Notes: generated by a model from the letters alone, not told the origin. A stretch of 63,044 nt of DNA, filler included, from Choristocarpus tenellus KU-1152 (GCA_964200185.2; 10 parts of 10 records of this genome joined end to end with filler, not necessarily neighbours in it); one strand, 5' to 3'. Positions 1 through 12,700 are shown, counted from the whole stretch's first letter. Program-made: numbers and translations.

Positions 1-20
1 CCCCCCCAAGATACTTTGAC
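1..20. mobile_element. Terminal fragment of MITE family B at the window start
   Basis: CCCCCCCAAGATACTTTGAC resembles the family B terminus CCCCCAGATACTTTG(G/A)G(T/C)C. Confidence 0.5.
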
Positions 21-48
21 CCCCTATATGCCGACTCCAAAATCTCAG

Positions 49-1622
49 GTGCGCGGCTTCTGTGCGAATGAGATAAACAAGGAGGTGTTTGACTACGTCG
101 ACGTTTATGGAGACATCATCGAGTCTGATATTCACCACAACTGTAAGAGTACAACAAGAATGACCTATTTTGTTAAATTTCATTTTCGAAATGCCTTTTG
201 AGGTACATGTATTAGAAGGTTAACCTATGTTCGAGGTTTTCAGACTTACGGGATATGGTATACACTCCGTATAAATATATCAACTAAATGAAATGCGGCA
301 CTTGTTCTACCACAGTTCGGGTTATATGATCTGCTCATTACCCATGGGCTTCGACTAGCCCAAACTTCATACTAGGTCTGAGTCATCACCCCTTTGCGAT
401 GATAGCATGCCTCCGTATCTCCTTTCATTACTCTGGTGTTTAAGGCCTAGGAATGGATTCATCAATTCCTGACATTGAAGTTGGTGATGGGAACAGGTGA
501 AGTTGGTAATCTCTTGTTCTCGAGGGTCATTTAATTGGATGAAGTACATCAGGAACATTTAAATGCTTGTTCCTGACAGATATATGTCAATCAACTTCGC
601 TACTCTCTCATATCTTATTTTGATCTCTAACTATCCCCTTCATGTATCATGCAGACTTCGGCATGTACACATACGGCCACCAACAAGGAAACTGGAGCAA
701 TAATCTGATGCATGACAATTAAGAATATGGGTTTGACCCCCACGACGACAGTGACTACCTGACCATCCACGATAATAAGGTGTGGAGCAATGGAAATCAC
801 GGCATCATTGCCTCAAAGCGGTGCAACAATGTCAGCATCCAGAACAATGAGGTATGGGGTGGCATCAATGCTGGCCTCTTCCTCCACCGCAGCAGTGATG
901 GAGCTATTGTGAAGGGTAAGGTTTTTCCCTACGTTTCATGAGAAATGTGAAAAATTGTAACTTTGTCAGGGCTCTATACTTGAGCCAGGAAGGTAGTTAA
1001 GAACATCACACAAGTCCTTGCCTAGAATTTCTAACAATTTATGTATATTGTAGATGATGTGGCATTACATTAGGAGAAGAGGGTCAACAGTTGTTGCCCT
1101 GCCTGCGAAATGATGCAGTACTTACTATATCAATTCCTTGCTACCAAATTGTTTCTTGCAGGTAACTATGTACATGACAATGGGGATGCTGGAATGGCCA
1201 TGCTTGAGTTGTTTGACAATCTTATCACTGAGAATGTCTTCGAGAACAACAAATATGGCATCCGCCTTAGTGTGGGATGCGGTCGTAACACCATCACCAA
1301 CAACATTTTCACAAATTCGAGTAAGTACCAGCTCTACACCTACCAGGGGTCTGATCTCCCTGATGTGCTGGGCACCACTGGTCGGCCACTGCACAATGTA
1401 TTCAGTGACAACACTATCACCAAGACAGAGGAGGACACTGTTAAGATCAAAGAAGCAGACTATTCAATCATCAAGAACAATCTCTTCGAGGATGTGTTGG
1501 AGCTAACATTCACCAACTCCACAGAGACCAGCTGGTTCGACAACGTCCTGGACACTGAGCCTGAATTCGATATGAATGGGTATGCATGTATGGCATCAGA
1601 CTCTGATCCTTCTTTGGCATAG
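49..1622 (+). pseudogene. Mannuronan C-5 epimerase (AlgG-like, brown-algal MC5E family), 3' part; exons 49-142, 655-915, 1162-1622; in-frame TAA at 720-722
   Basis: Phase-consistent GT-AG splicing gives VRGFCANE...DIHHNYFGMYTYGHQQGNWSNNLMHDN*EYGFDPHDDSDYLTIHDNKVWSNGNHGIIASKRCNNVSIQNN...LHRSSD...GNYVHDNGDAG..., ending at TAG 1620-1622. YGFDPHD is the AlgG/MC5E catalytic motif in a parallel beta-helix. Pseudogene status rests on one stop codon, which could be a sequencing error. Confidence 0.88.
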
Positions 1623-4600
1623 TACTATTGTTGAGGAGATTCAGTGATGATCGATGTTGCTCATAATCCTGGAAAGTTTTTGCCCAGCATCTTGCTTATC
1701 GATCAAGGCATCATTAATTTAGTTGCCTTCTCAAAATATTCAAGTGTGTAGGTTGGTACTCTTGTGTCATTAATTCTGTTTTTTTGAGTCTTTGTGTGTA
1801 TTTTGGAGTTATGTACTTTTATTAATTGTGTTTTCTAGTTTGCAGGTATGCATATTTTCCATTGTGGCTGTCGGAGATGCATACAAATGTGTAGATCCAT
1901 CCACACTCCTACGTATTTTTGACGTCATTTTCTCGCGTAGAGAAGCCTTAGACTTGTAGATGAGTGTGGTAACACACCACCACATATCAAATATTGTCAA
2001 AAGAGTGTTACATGCATGCACAGAGGGTCAGGTCTTGGGGGTTTGGGGGAAGTTCATGAATGAACAAGGTTGCGGAAGGAGAATCACAATGAAGAACAAA
2101 AAAGTGTATACCCGATCGTAACAAATGCTTCGAAATAATTAAATAGTACGTAATCCACCCCTTGAAACCAGTATCTGTAAACTGCCTTGACCATTACTCC
2201 CCAGTTCGTCCACCAGTACGATGATATCAGCCCTTTGTGATAGTGTGTGGACAGAGATGATGATAACAGGGGCAATTCTGAGTCAGTAGCGTAGGCTTGT
2301 TCTTGCCACTGTCCTCCTATGTGCACACACGTGGTCTCATTGGTATTCACTTGGACTGTTATGGTGGGGAGCACAATTGTCCGAATGGACGAGTCAGAGG
2401 ATGAGAGTAAATACTCAGTAGTTAGCATCTGGCGCCAGTGTAGACTCAGTTGATAGATTGAATTCACTTCAGTATTCTGTGATAACAAAAACTCAGGTGC
2501 ATCCCTTCTCCTCGATATGAACAGATTTTCCTTGTTATTCTTAATGGGGGGTACACTTGAGCTCTCTTTGACTTTCATATGCACGACAAGGAGAAACCCA
2601 GGTGAACTGCACTAATACTCACTGCATGAGATAGGATAGGATGACATTAGGATTGTTAAACATCGGGAGGTTAGAAAAGAGAGACCACGGACCACAGAAA
2701 CGTATAGGCTGAAGTCACCACCCCCCGTTTTAAAAAATGGATCCGTCTTTGGTGGACTGCCATGTTCCAAATTAAGTTGTAGCGAGTCTGTATATCTAAT
2801 GTGGATGACGTTGGCCTCAAGAAATGGACAAAGGGAAGATATCTTGACGATTTGCCTCGTTCTCTTTGGACTGTAACTTGGAATATTCGTTTAGTTCTTG
2901 TTCGTAAATAAATAGGCTCTTCTGGGAGGGGCTGGATCCCTCAGGGGTCACGGGCCAGACAGTGGAGTAAAGGAGAGTGTGTAACACGACTTCTTGTATT
3001 TTGTACGCGAGGGAGCTTATGTTGAAGTGATGGTGTTGCATCGAAATCTGAGCTACATGACCCAACCTCAAATTACAAGCAAAGAGAAAAGGCAGTTGTA
3101 TAGAGCAGGTTCTGGCACCTAGGGACAGACAGACGCATGGACAAACGAAACCTACTTGGTTGTATACAAGTAAGTATATGTGAATGGTGAAAAGGCAGGT
3201 AGCTGTATAGAGCCGATGCTGGATGGTAGGTTTTCTATATTTTTCAAGGTTCTTCATTGTTAAAATCAAGTATACTTGAGTGTGCTGGCGAGTCTACGCA
3301 CCAGGACAAGACTGGATATTATGATCACGACGTGAAGTAGGATGGTTATGGTGTAGGTTGTAAATATATAAAATAATAGGACTCAAAACTTCAGCTCTGG
3401 AAGAGGTAAAACGACTCTCTAGAAAGTCCTAAGGTTTGTAAGGGCAGAATCACTTCCTCCTGGTTTTACACAGTGGTTCATACTTGAGAAGGGTCCAAAA
3501 GTTTCAAAGGGTCTCTTCGGCGAACAAGAGACTGAGTGAGGAACAATATGGGTCTTGTTTATGTGCTAGGAAAAATAACATGAACGCGAAATAATATAAT
3601 TATTCAGCCAAATAGTTCAGGTTGCTGCATCTGATATGAACGAAGCTTGTATCTTGTGACTACCTTCAGATTTACACTAAACAAATTGAGATTAACTTAT
3701 CAATCATACTATTTTTTTCTTTGGGATGATAATTTGAAATTTGAGTATGAGTGTGTTCACTGTATATTGGCAATATACACGAAACGTCAAGGGAGGTGAC
3801 CGATAATTGTCCCTCAGGGCTGCGGCCTTCTCGCTAACTTCACATCACCTCTTGAGATCATGTCTAGTACACATACTCCGCACGAGGTCCTACACTGGTG
3901 ATAATAGTTGTACTTGGGGTTGCAATTATGACACTGCGTGTTGTGAAGTATTATTATGCTCATTAAGGATATGAGAATGAAATTGAATGGGTAGTGCTTT
4001 GGTTTTATATTATATCTTAGTTATAGGTGGAGAAAACCTATTCGCTCACAACTGCGTAAGGTGGTTGAGTATTCCAACTTTTCCAGTTAAGATATTGTGT
4101 TAGATGGACGTTAGTAGGGCCCCTGGTCCTGGGTTGTGAATGGGTTGTGCAGGGGTTGTGTGAGAGGGTTCGGCTCTTTAAGCACTAGATAGGAACTTTC
4201 TTTTGTAGTCCTATGGGACCCCATCAACCTTTAACGTATTAGATCAATATTACAATATTTCAGGAATAGATAGGGACTCTTCTTTTACCGTTTTATGTGG
4301 TGCTTGCACCCCTCGTTGGGTATTAGTAAAGCTCAAGATAAAGATACAAGATAGAAGCCCAATTTTGTTGCTTCTATGAGGCATCTTCACCCTATTCTAA
4401 CTAGTTGTGTGTGGAAAAAGGGTTGTCTGTATCATCCTGTTATTGTTGTATCCCATATACCAACATACTGGTTGAGGTTATTTTCTGAAAGCTTCAGTTT
4501 AATTGTGGAGGATGCTTGAAAGGATATTTTTTTGTGACTTTCCATGACGTCTCTTCATGAGCACGTTTTCCGAAGGCGGAGTCTCCTTTCTCTGAAGTTT

Positions 4601-5492
4601 TTTTGTTTAACCCCATCCGAGCCGCGACCCTCCCCACTTCCTCAGTCCTTGTCCTTGTGTCCAACCTTGACCTTGACCTCTCAGTTTGGTTTATATTTTG
4701 TCTGGTCCATCTTACCTGGTGATTCTCTCCATCACCCTTTCCTGAGTGAACCTCGACCCAACAGGATGACAGGATTCACACTGGCAACACCACTGAAGTT
4801 AGATACAGTGTGACTGGTAACATTTTGACTACTGACCAACATGCCTCTGACGTGAAAACTAGAAGGAGAATTCGTCGTCACGGAGAATGCCTGGCTGAAT
4901 TTTTCGAGGAAACAAAAGACAAGGAACTGAAGTCAATGAGAGCGAGTCAGTCGAAGACATGGAGTCATCCAAGAATCATGACTCAGACACAGGTTTTTCC
5001 GTTAATCCCTCCTCCTCATCCCACCGATCAGAACCTGGTGATTATAGATGGGGATCCTCACCCTTCCCCTTCAACGGATTGTCAGGGTGGTGAGAAGGAA
5101 GTATTGTCAACCTTTGATCATCACATCAGCTCAGGGAATTGTGACACCATTGTGTCCTTTTCCAGGATAACCTAGTTTCCTCTCCTCGTTCAACCGCTAG
5201 GGAAGTGGCCGTTTCACAGGCGCATTTCGGCAATGCCATCCCAACGTTCATTACATAGCACTTCAACAGGTGCGCTAGAACCCAGTGCTGTGCCACCCAG
5301 ATGACTTCAGGACCTCCTGAAACTCCAGGCCCATGGGCACACCTTCGATCTTGTAAGTCCTGTTGGAAATTCTAGTGGTGTCTCGCACTTCAAGTCCAAC
5401 ACCAGAAGGAAATCGTTTCAGGTATTCCACCCCAGAGATTATGACTGGTCTGGAAATTACAGGTTCTCCAGAGGAGGAAGACTTACCGCTTT

Positions 5493-5668
5493 GGCTCAAC
5501 GTATGTGTGGGGGGGTGACGGCTGTCCATCTGGGGTCAATTTTTTCATGTCGTGATTTTGGGTGATTTGGTTGCATACTTCGGATGGATTATATAAATGT
5601 ACTTTTCCTGGTTTGGGGCAAATGGACATCCTGGTGTAAGCTCCCCCTCCCCCCAAATACTTTGGGTC
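5493..5668 (+). mobile_element. MITE family B, full copy (about 176 bp)
   Basis: Imperfect TIRs GGCTCAACGTATGT... and ...AAATACTTTGGGTC, with TTT on both sides (3-bp TSD). Aligns along its length with the copy at 22277-22460. Confidence 0.85.
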
Positions 5669-6947
5669 TTTTATTTCTAACTGGCATGTCAATACGACCC
5701 CGTATCCGTTGAGACTATTGATGTTCGTTGTGTGGAATTTTTATCGAAAATTCTTTAAGGCCACTTCCGCACAATCGTCTCAATACTCACATCACAGCCA
5801 GTCTTCACATGTGCATCCCTGTGAAACACGATATGCTCAGTGCACTGCCACTTGCCGAAGTCGATAATGAAGGATGGCAGGAATCTATGATGGTGGAGCC
5901 TCGGTTGACATATAATGGAACCTTGTTTACCTCCTCGTAGGTCTGAACCAAGGAATGGATCTACGTCTTGAATGCATTTTGGTTACAAATTTGAGGGTGA
6001 AAGGTACACGATATATGACTTCAGTCTAAACACCGTCAGTACAAACACCATCCCCAACTTCACAAGCACTGCCATCATCCTGACCAGGCCAACTTGTTTT
6101 TGGAGTCAATGCCTGCTTCAGCTGCATAGATTATATGCGATTCACAGCGCTCAAGTATTACCTCATTCCCTGCAGTCCCTCCTCTCCTCAGAACTAGAGT
6201 TTCCTCTCATCTCCCTCTACGATTATTAGGTGTGTTGAGATGACTGCATCAGAGTTGAACACTGTGGTGAAGAAATTGTTGAAGGGATTGGGAGGACGGA
6301 CATAATTCTGAGTGTGGGATGAAGTGGTACCAATAGCTTATCCCTTTGGAGCAATCTTGATTTTTTTGTATGCAGAAATGTACTAACTCTGGTGAATAGG
6401 AACTATGCCCCGATAAAAGAGTGGCAAAAACGCGGGGGGGACATTGTTAAAGTATCTCCCAAATCATCAAAGAGGATAAAGGTGATAAACCCAGCGAGAT
6501 TGCTTGGTGTCTGTAGAGTGATTGATTAAAGTTAAGTGGGGCATGCAACACCCCATAAAATCATAAATATTTCCCTTTATATGAGAATTTTTCTCATACA
6601 ACTAATCACTAGTAAAATGTTCTGATAACTCAACCGCTAATTGATTGTTCCTTTACTCCATACATATTTTACCATAACTGTCCGATAGAGTTGGAAGAAA
6701 ATCTAATCGAACAAACATCTCCGCCGTAATTTTGATGGTCACAACCTCCAAAGGTGGTACTAAAATGATGTGGTTGGCTGAATTCCCCGCAAAAAAATGA
6801 CCCGGGTTACGAAAAAAAAAAATGCGGACACTTTTTAGCGCCATTTGCAGACTTTCTGACACCACACACACACATGACCCACACAGCAACATGAACCACG
6901 ACAGTGAGACAAGCAGAGCCACCGAGGCCACTCTGCCACCTGTATCT

Positions 6948-7205
6948 GAGTGAAAGTATCTTAGAGGGTACGAGTTTTGACCTTTTTGTCCATTTGGGGC
7001 TTGGCTTCCCATTTTTTTTTTAGTCACATTTTCCTACTCCAAAATGTTTAGAAGTAGGTAAAATATATACTATGAAAGGTGAGTCCGAAACATAGATATT
7101 GATACTTCCTAACAAACATGATAGTCAAAATTACATCAAAATAGCAACATTAGATTTTGACCCCCAAATGGACGCGGCTCTACCGCTTTACCCTCTAAGA
7201 TTCTT
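6948..7205 (+). mobile_element. MITE family A copy (about 260 bp)
   Basis: Starts GAGTGAAAGTATCTTAGAGGGTA and ends TACCCTCTAAGATTCTT. The interior matches copies at 11947, 45287 and 56472. Confidence 0.88.
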
Positions 7206-7207
7206 AG

Positions 7208-7465
7208 GAGCCAAAGCATCTTAGAGGGTAAAGCCGCGTCCATTTGGGGGCCACAATCCAATGTTGCAATTTTGATGTATTTTGGCTATCGTTTTTATTA
7301 GGAATTGTCAATATCTTTATTCCAGACACACCATTTCCTAACACATACATTTTACCTACTGCGATATATTTTCGATCAGGTAAGTGTAATAAAAAACCCC
7401 ATGGGAAGTCAAGGCCCAGACGGACAAACAGAGCAAAACTCGTACCCTCTAAGATACTTTCACTC
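7208..7465 (-). mobile_element. MITE family A copy, inverted relative to and abutting the previous copy
   Basis: GAGCCAAAGCATCTTAGAGGGTA...TACCCTCTAAGATACTTTCACTC. Confidence 0.88.
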
Positions 7466-8445
7466 TTTGACTCTCTACCCTTGGCACCTTCTCTGTCAAG
7501 AGGCGACAAAAAAACAAGTACCGTGTGACATTCGGTGCGATATCTGGTGACGAGAAAGTGCGTGTACTGTGGCGCAGCAGCATGATCAAATCGCAAAATG
7601 GACCACGCAGTCGCAACACTGACACTGAGAGGACATGCATTGAAAGAATTGCCACACAAACATGGTTGGACCTTCAACCACATCGGAGAATTGCTCCGCA
7701 GTCTCTGCCGCCTCGGGAAAACAGGAAGAGAGCAGTGAGTGCATCACTAGGTGGTACAGTGACGAAGTATGTGGGGAAGCCTGGTCGTGGCGGGCAAAGG
7801 AAGAATCAAAGTGACCAGTCCAAGGGAAGGTTGGGGAGGAGAGCAGTGCAACTGCGTGCCATTGCACTCAGGACACGCCTAAGCGAAAACCGGGTGTAGA
7901 ATACCTTAGTATTCGACAGTTGCAGCAGGCCGTGGTTGTTTGGAAGCTGTGTGAGCCGGGGTGGCTTCAGGAAACGAGAAAGAAGGTGTTAGGGTTGGGC
8001 TACAAGGGTTCTGAAGCCCGAAAGAAGGTCGAAAGGACTCGCAAGACGGAGGAGAAAGCAATCGTAACAAAGGCAACTGTGGAAACTTTTCGATACCACC
8101 AAATCCCTTAATTAGAAGAGATCACGAAGCAGGTGGAGGTAGCCATCGATGAGGACGCCAGCGAAGAAGAGGAGGTGAGATTGGGATTATGTGCATACTG
8201 ATGGTTTGATGTCTCCCACTTCTTGTAAGATGCCGTACATTCACTTTTGTTCTTGGACTTAGGATTGGACGTATAAAGTCGATTAAGGCTTCTCCCGGTC
8301 TGTATTCATTCGAGAAATCGATACAATTTTCGATCAACTCAAGCCTGTCCTCCCTCGCCCTTGTACCTTGATCATCAAATAAATACCACCCGCCCAGGAA
8401 ACACGGACAACGCCCATTTCCGGCGCTCAAGGAGTAAATGTGATA

Positions 8446-8750
8446 GCAAGGGCTCTAACACTGCGAATCCTGTACCTGTGTATGAACGACGGAAAACATT
8501 GTCAAATGGTGCTCGAGATGACAGCAGGACATGCGGTGGTCAGGTCGGAAACTGTGAGTAAATGGGGAGAGACTTCCTAACTAAGGGCCACATCAAGGTG
8601 TCAGGGCAAGGGCACTATGAGAGGCGTTTCGTTCTGGGCGTCGACGAGGACATTCTTGCCGAGGTCAGAGAGTGGGTGCACGAACACACAGGAAGAAAGG
8701 GTGGGGAGGCTTTTTTCTCAACTAAACCCTACACTTCAATCAAGCAATAT
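8446..8750 (+). pseudogene. N-terminal HTH-like fragment of a putative IS630/Tc1-like DDE transposase, frameshifted and truncated
   Basis: Reads ARALTLRILYLCMNDGKHCQMVLEMTAGHAVVRSETVSKW, then after a 1-nt shift RDFLTKGHIKVSGQGHYERRFVLGVDEDILAEVREWVHEHTGRKGGE. This resembles the TVxxW..F...G......QG.H....DED....REW pattern I recall from eukaryotic IS630/Tc1-like transposases. No DDE domain is present. Confidence 0.45.
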
Positions 8751-9188
8751 AGTGGTACCAGTAGGTTCGCCCTCTGGGGTTGTCCCGTCATAACGTTTGA
8801 TGTATACATCGGATTAATAATATAAAAGCATAGTCGCGATTCCCGTCACGAGGTCCTCCAGAGTACAGGCTTCGTTATTTTTTCGCCATCCTTTTCTTTT
8901 TTTGAAGAAAGAGCGCTCATATTGAGGTTCGAACCCCGGATTGTAGGTCACTAAGAGTGGCAACAGATGCACTATACTTGATTGAAGTGTAAGGTTTAGT
9001 CGAGAAAAAAGCCTCCCCACCCTTTCTTCCTGTGTGTTCGTGCACCCACTCTCTGACCTCGGCAAGAATGTCCTCGTCGACGCCCAGAACGAAACGCCTC
9101 TCATAGTGCCCTTGCTCTGACACCTTGATGTGGCCCTTAGTTAGGAAGTCTCTCCCCATTTACTCACAGTTTCCGACCTGACCACCGC
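8533..9188. repeat. Inverted repeat with about 220-bp arms (8533-8754 and 8970-9188) and an about 215-bp spacer
   Basis: Near-identical ORFs MGRDFLTKGHIKVS(G/E)QGHYERR... lie on opposite strands (8562+ and 9159-). The second arm runs into the contig end. Confidence 0.92.
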
Positions 9189-9288
9189 NNNNNNNNNNNN
9201 NNNNNNNNNNNNNNNNNNNNNNNNNNNNNNNNTTAATTAATTAANNNNNNNNNNNNNNNNNNNNNNNNNNNNNNNNNNNNNNNNNNNN
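9189..9288. other. Artificial contig-joining linker; identical linkers at 14955-15054, 18471-18570, 22521-22620, 41917-42016, 45516-45615, 51789-51888, 56725-56824, 60318-60417
   Basis: Each is exactly 44 N + TTAATTAATTAA (stops in all six frames) + 44 N. Confidence 0.98.
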
Positions 9289-9314
9289 CACCCCCCTCCC
9301 AGATACTTTGGGTC
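9289..9314. mobile_element. MITE family B terminal fragment at a contig start
   Basis: CCCCCCTCCCAGATACTTTGGGTC. Confidence 0.7.
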
Positions 9315-10716
9315 GCTGCCCAATTGCTAGAAGTAATCCCAAGGACGAACGCACTACAGCATGTTCAAGTCAACCTTGGATATTTGGTGAATGCACAGCA
9401 GGGTGTTTTTTATTGTCCAGTCAGATCAACCTCATCAAAGATTCAAAAGTGGATGCTATGCCGTCTGATCAACTTGGCACGCTATGGAAAAAGCCCGCGG
9501 TGAAGCCAGGATCAGAGAGGAGCAGCTCCCTCAGCTCACTGTTACAGTTCTCCAACAGCACCTGGAGGGAAAGGGTGTGCCTGCACCTAGCAGAGAGTAA
9601 ATCGACAGATACTCCTGAGAATATGTGCCCATCCAGAATACGTTGTTAGCGAACTTTTGGTAGAATTGACACACTACATAGCCAACCAGAGTGATTGAAA
9701 TCATTGTCGACCTATTATGTGGCATTTGTCACACCAAATTTGGAGAATCTGAAAATACGTGTGAATGACGGACTTGAAATCGCTTGAGAAACTTTTCCTG
9801 AGCCAGAAGAGTCCCAACCACACCATACCCAGGTATAGTTTGAACGCCAACAGCTTGCCAACAAGCCAAAACATGGATTGAATATTGAAGGGATCCGATA
9901 TAATCAGGTGCTGAGTCCTAGTGTGGAAGTTCCTTCACTACATTGATACCTTGTTCTATAGACGATTCCAAATGTAGCCTTTTCTGTTTGTACACATCTT
10001 CACATCAAATCTGTTGAGTTGTGTTCATGAACCCTAGACCAGAACCATGCCAGCCACCATCACGACTATATCGAACCTAGGCCAACCATTCCGCATGTGT
10101 TTGCTATGTATGGGTAAGATGACAGACAACAACAACAGTTATCCACACCGCGTTGCTTCTTGAAACGTGCCTAGCTAGTAGTGTTCTTTGTGTGCTGGGA
10201 GTCAAAGTAACTGAGGGGTAGGGGTAGGTGGGGTTGCATTATAAGGATCCTGAGAAAGGGGAAAAATATGCCATTTTGTACAACTAACCGTAGAAAAAAC
10301 CTTTGTTGCATTGTGGTGTCACTCTGTGTGTCTAAAGGGTTAATAACAAATTTTCGTACACTATTGTCCACATAAAGAAGTGAAATCGAATGTATTGCAC
10401 AGGGTAAGAAATGCGGCTTAGAATGCAAAGGGGTTGAAACCTACCTACCTCTCAATTGATTTGACTCTGGAGACTGGTGAATTGAATGTGCGTGGGATAT
10501 CTGACTGGTTACACCACACGCTTCAAATCGTTACTTAGACTAAACAGAGGTGTCTCCTCTCTATTGCAGGCTCAGTGCTGCACACTGAACTCTGCACACC
10601 CTAGCGGTTAACTCCAGTTGTGTGGAGAGTTATAGACAGCAAGGACATCGAAAAGGGAGGCAATCTACAGCACATCCCGAGACTTTCGCCACAGGTAACA
10701 TGAATTATACAGTTTA

Positions 10717-10861
10717 CAGCCGATTTCAAAAATTGAGGATGGAACTTTTCATTGAGGATGGGCTTGACCCAAAATTGACTGAGATAAAGTATCGATATGT
10801 TTTTTGGGGTCAAGCCCATCCTCAATGAAAAAGCTCCATCCTCAATTTTTGAAATCGGCTG
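10717..10861. mobile_element. Foldback MITE (family C, 145 bp), Tourist/PIF-Harbinger-like
   Basis: About 58-bp TIRs starting CAGCCGATTTCAAAAATTGAGGATGG, flanked by TTA on both sides (10714-10716 and 10862-10864). Confidence 0.85.
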
Positions 10862-11739
10862 TTAGTTCCAGCAAATTTACATTATCAGTAGGCAGTACAG
10901 TTCATTGTATACAACCAACAAGCGCTGCAGTTATGCTTCCTGTCTGTGTGGATCTTTCTGTTGTTCAATGACCGAAGAGTAATTACCTTCAATTTTGAGG
11001 GTGCATTCCGATATATATATATTTTTAATATCTACAAGTCTGAGGTTATTTTATTATTATGCCCTCTGACATTTTGCAGATGTGTCAGGGGAAAACCAAT
11101 GAAAACTATATACATATGTGTATATAAAATGTCCTAAACATAAGAATACAACGCGATCAGTTTTTATTATTTTTATTATTATGCCCTCTGACATTTTTCA
11201 GATGTGTCAATGCACATCATTCCAAAGATCACGTTTCTCTCACTTCCATATTCGCCTTGATCATCCTATCTACCACTACCTTACACCTCCGACAAAGATA
11301 TCAACAATATGATGTTAATTAGTATGCAGACTTCTCTGGACCCGATAAATCTTGTCTCTACGATATAGCATGAAAGAAGAAAGAAGAAAGAAGAAAGATT
11401 GAAAAAAAGAGAAGAAAAAATGAAAATGAAGAATAGAAGCTAAAGTAGAAAAACGCAACCCCAAAAAGGCGAGGTGAAGGGAAGAAAGAAAACCAACAAA
11501 TTAAAGAAGGATGCACGAAAAAAATAGCAATATAAAGGAAATAGCATTCAGCGGACAGTTATGATGTTGGCGTTGGTGGCTTGAGTAACCTTAGCTGCTG
11601 CTTTGGTGTGACGTACATTACCTATTACAGCTTTCTTGGAATGCCAATTCGGGTATGAATCTCGTTGTGCTGTTAGTCACACACACACACACACACCACT
11701 TCTGTTGGTTAGTGACCTTGATGCTTTAACCCTCAACTC

Positions 11740-12700
11740 TAACGATAAATTTTGTCAAGGTCATCTTAGAACCATGTCACCACATCTTCTCCTCTTCAAC
11801 TTGCTTCCCCTTTTCATTCGCAAGCTCCCCAAACAACTACCTTTGGAAGTCGCTTATCCCCAATGTGAGTATCAGACAGCAAATAGGAGCATCTATCTGT
11901 CTGCGCACTGTTGGCATTGATACTTACATACGCAGTCTTTATAAGAGAGTCAAAGTATCTTAGAGGGTAGGTAGGGCTGCGTCCATTATTTGTGGGTCAA
12001 AATCCAATGTTGCGATTTTGATGTAATTTTGGCTATCGTGTTTCTTACGAAGCGTCAATATCCTTGTTCCAGGCACACCTTTTCATAACGTATACACTTT
12101 ACCTACTCCGAAACATTTTGGAGTAGGAAAATGTAATTAAAAAAAACATAGGAAGCCAAGCCCAAATAATGGACAAACAGGGCAATACTCGTACCCTCTA
12201 AGATACTTTCACTCAGAGCATCCTTGTAGGAGAGGGCACAATCGTTGCGCTCCCGTTTGCAGAAAATATGCCCCGGGGTAGGAAGTTGTGGTCATGGGAA
12301 TGGAGGTTCAGACAGTACGCCTGGAGGAATTTCCACGTCATACAACCATGTAACAGAAATTCAACTACTTCAGGTTTGAGAATTTGGTATCTTATCCTCA
12401 AGTGAGACACTCCTGAGGTCCTGTCATAGAACTTGACCATATTTATTTGCGAAAATATAATTTCTGAATCCTCCAGTTGACCACGCCGGTAATAGGGGCA
12501 TCATCTCTGATGGTTCCGCCAACAACATCAACAAACTTGCTAGTCTCCTTGTACGTCTCGTCCAATGCCTGAATCTGCATGGTTTCGTCATCCTGAGTAG
12601 GAGGACGATGACATATAGTCCCCGCATTATTAAATGCCGATACAGCCAGACCGAATGATCTGGTCGCCTTCACAAGTGCTGTCATCATCCTTGTCTAATC
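11740..12700 (-). mobile_element. Degenerate RTE-type LINE, region C-terminal to the RT core, interrupted by a MITE A copy
   Basis: Frameshifted peptides RMMTALVKATRSFGLAVS..., LKPEVVEFLLHGCMTW..., LSYKDALIKT...GDKRLPKVVVWG match the RTE ORF C-terminal pattern (LLYGCxTW, RLPKxVxFG). Confidence 0.75.
11947..12214 (-). mobile_element. MITE family A, full copy with an AGA 3-bp TSD
   Basis: GAGTCAAAGTATCTTAGAGGGTA...TACCCTCTAAGATACTTTCACTC, with AGA at 11944-11946 and 12215-12217. Confidence 0.92.

Noticed and set aside
720-722. Alternative nuclear genetic code (TAA as sense)
   Set aside because: A single instance; other confident exons have no in-frame TAA/TAG, and genes end in TAG (1622) and TAA (20035).
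2084-6300. Possible ancient non-LTR element remnant (several 100-166 aa ORFs)
   Set aside because: No convincing RT or endonuclease motif could be read by eye; needs a profile search.
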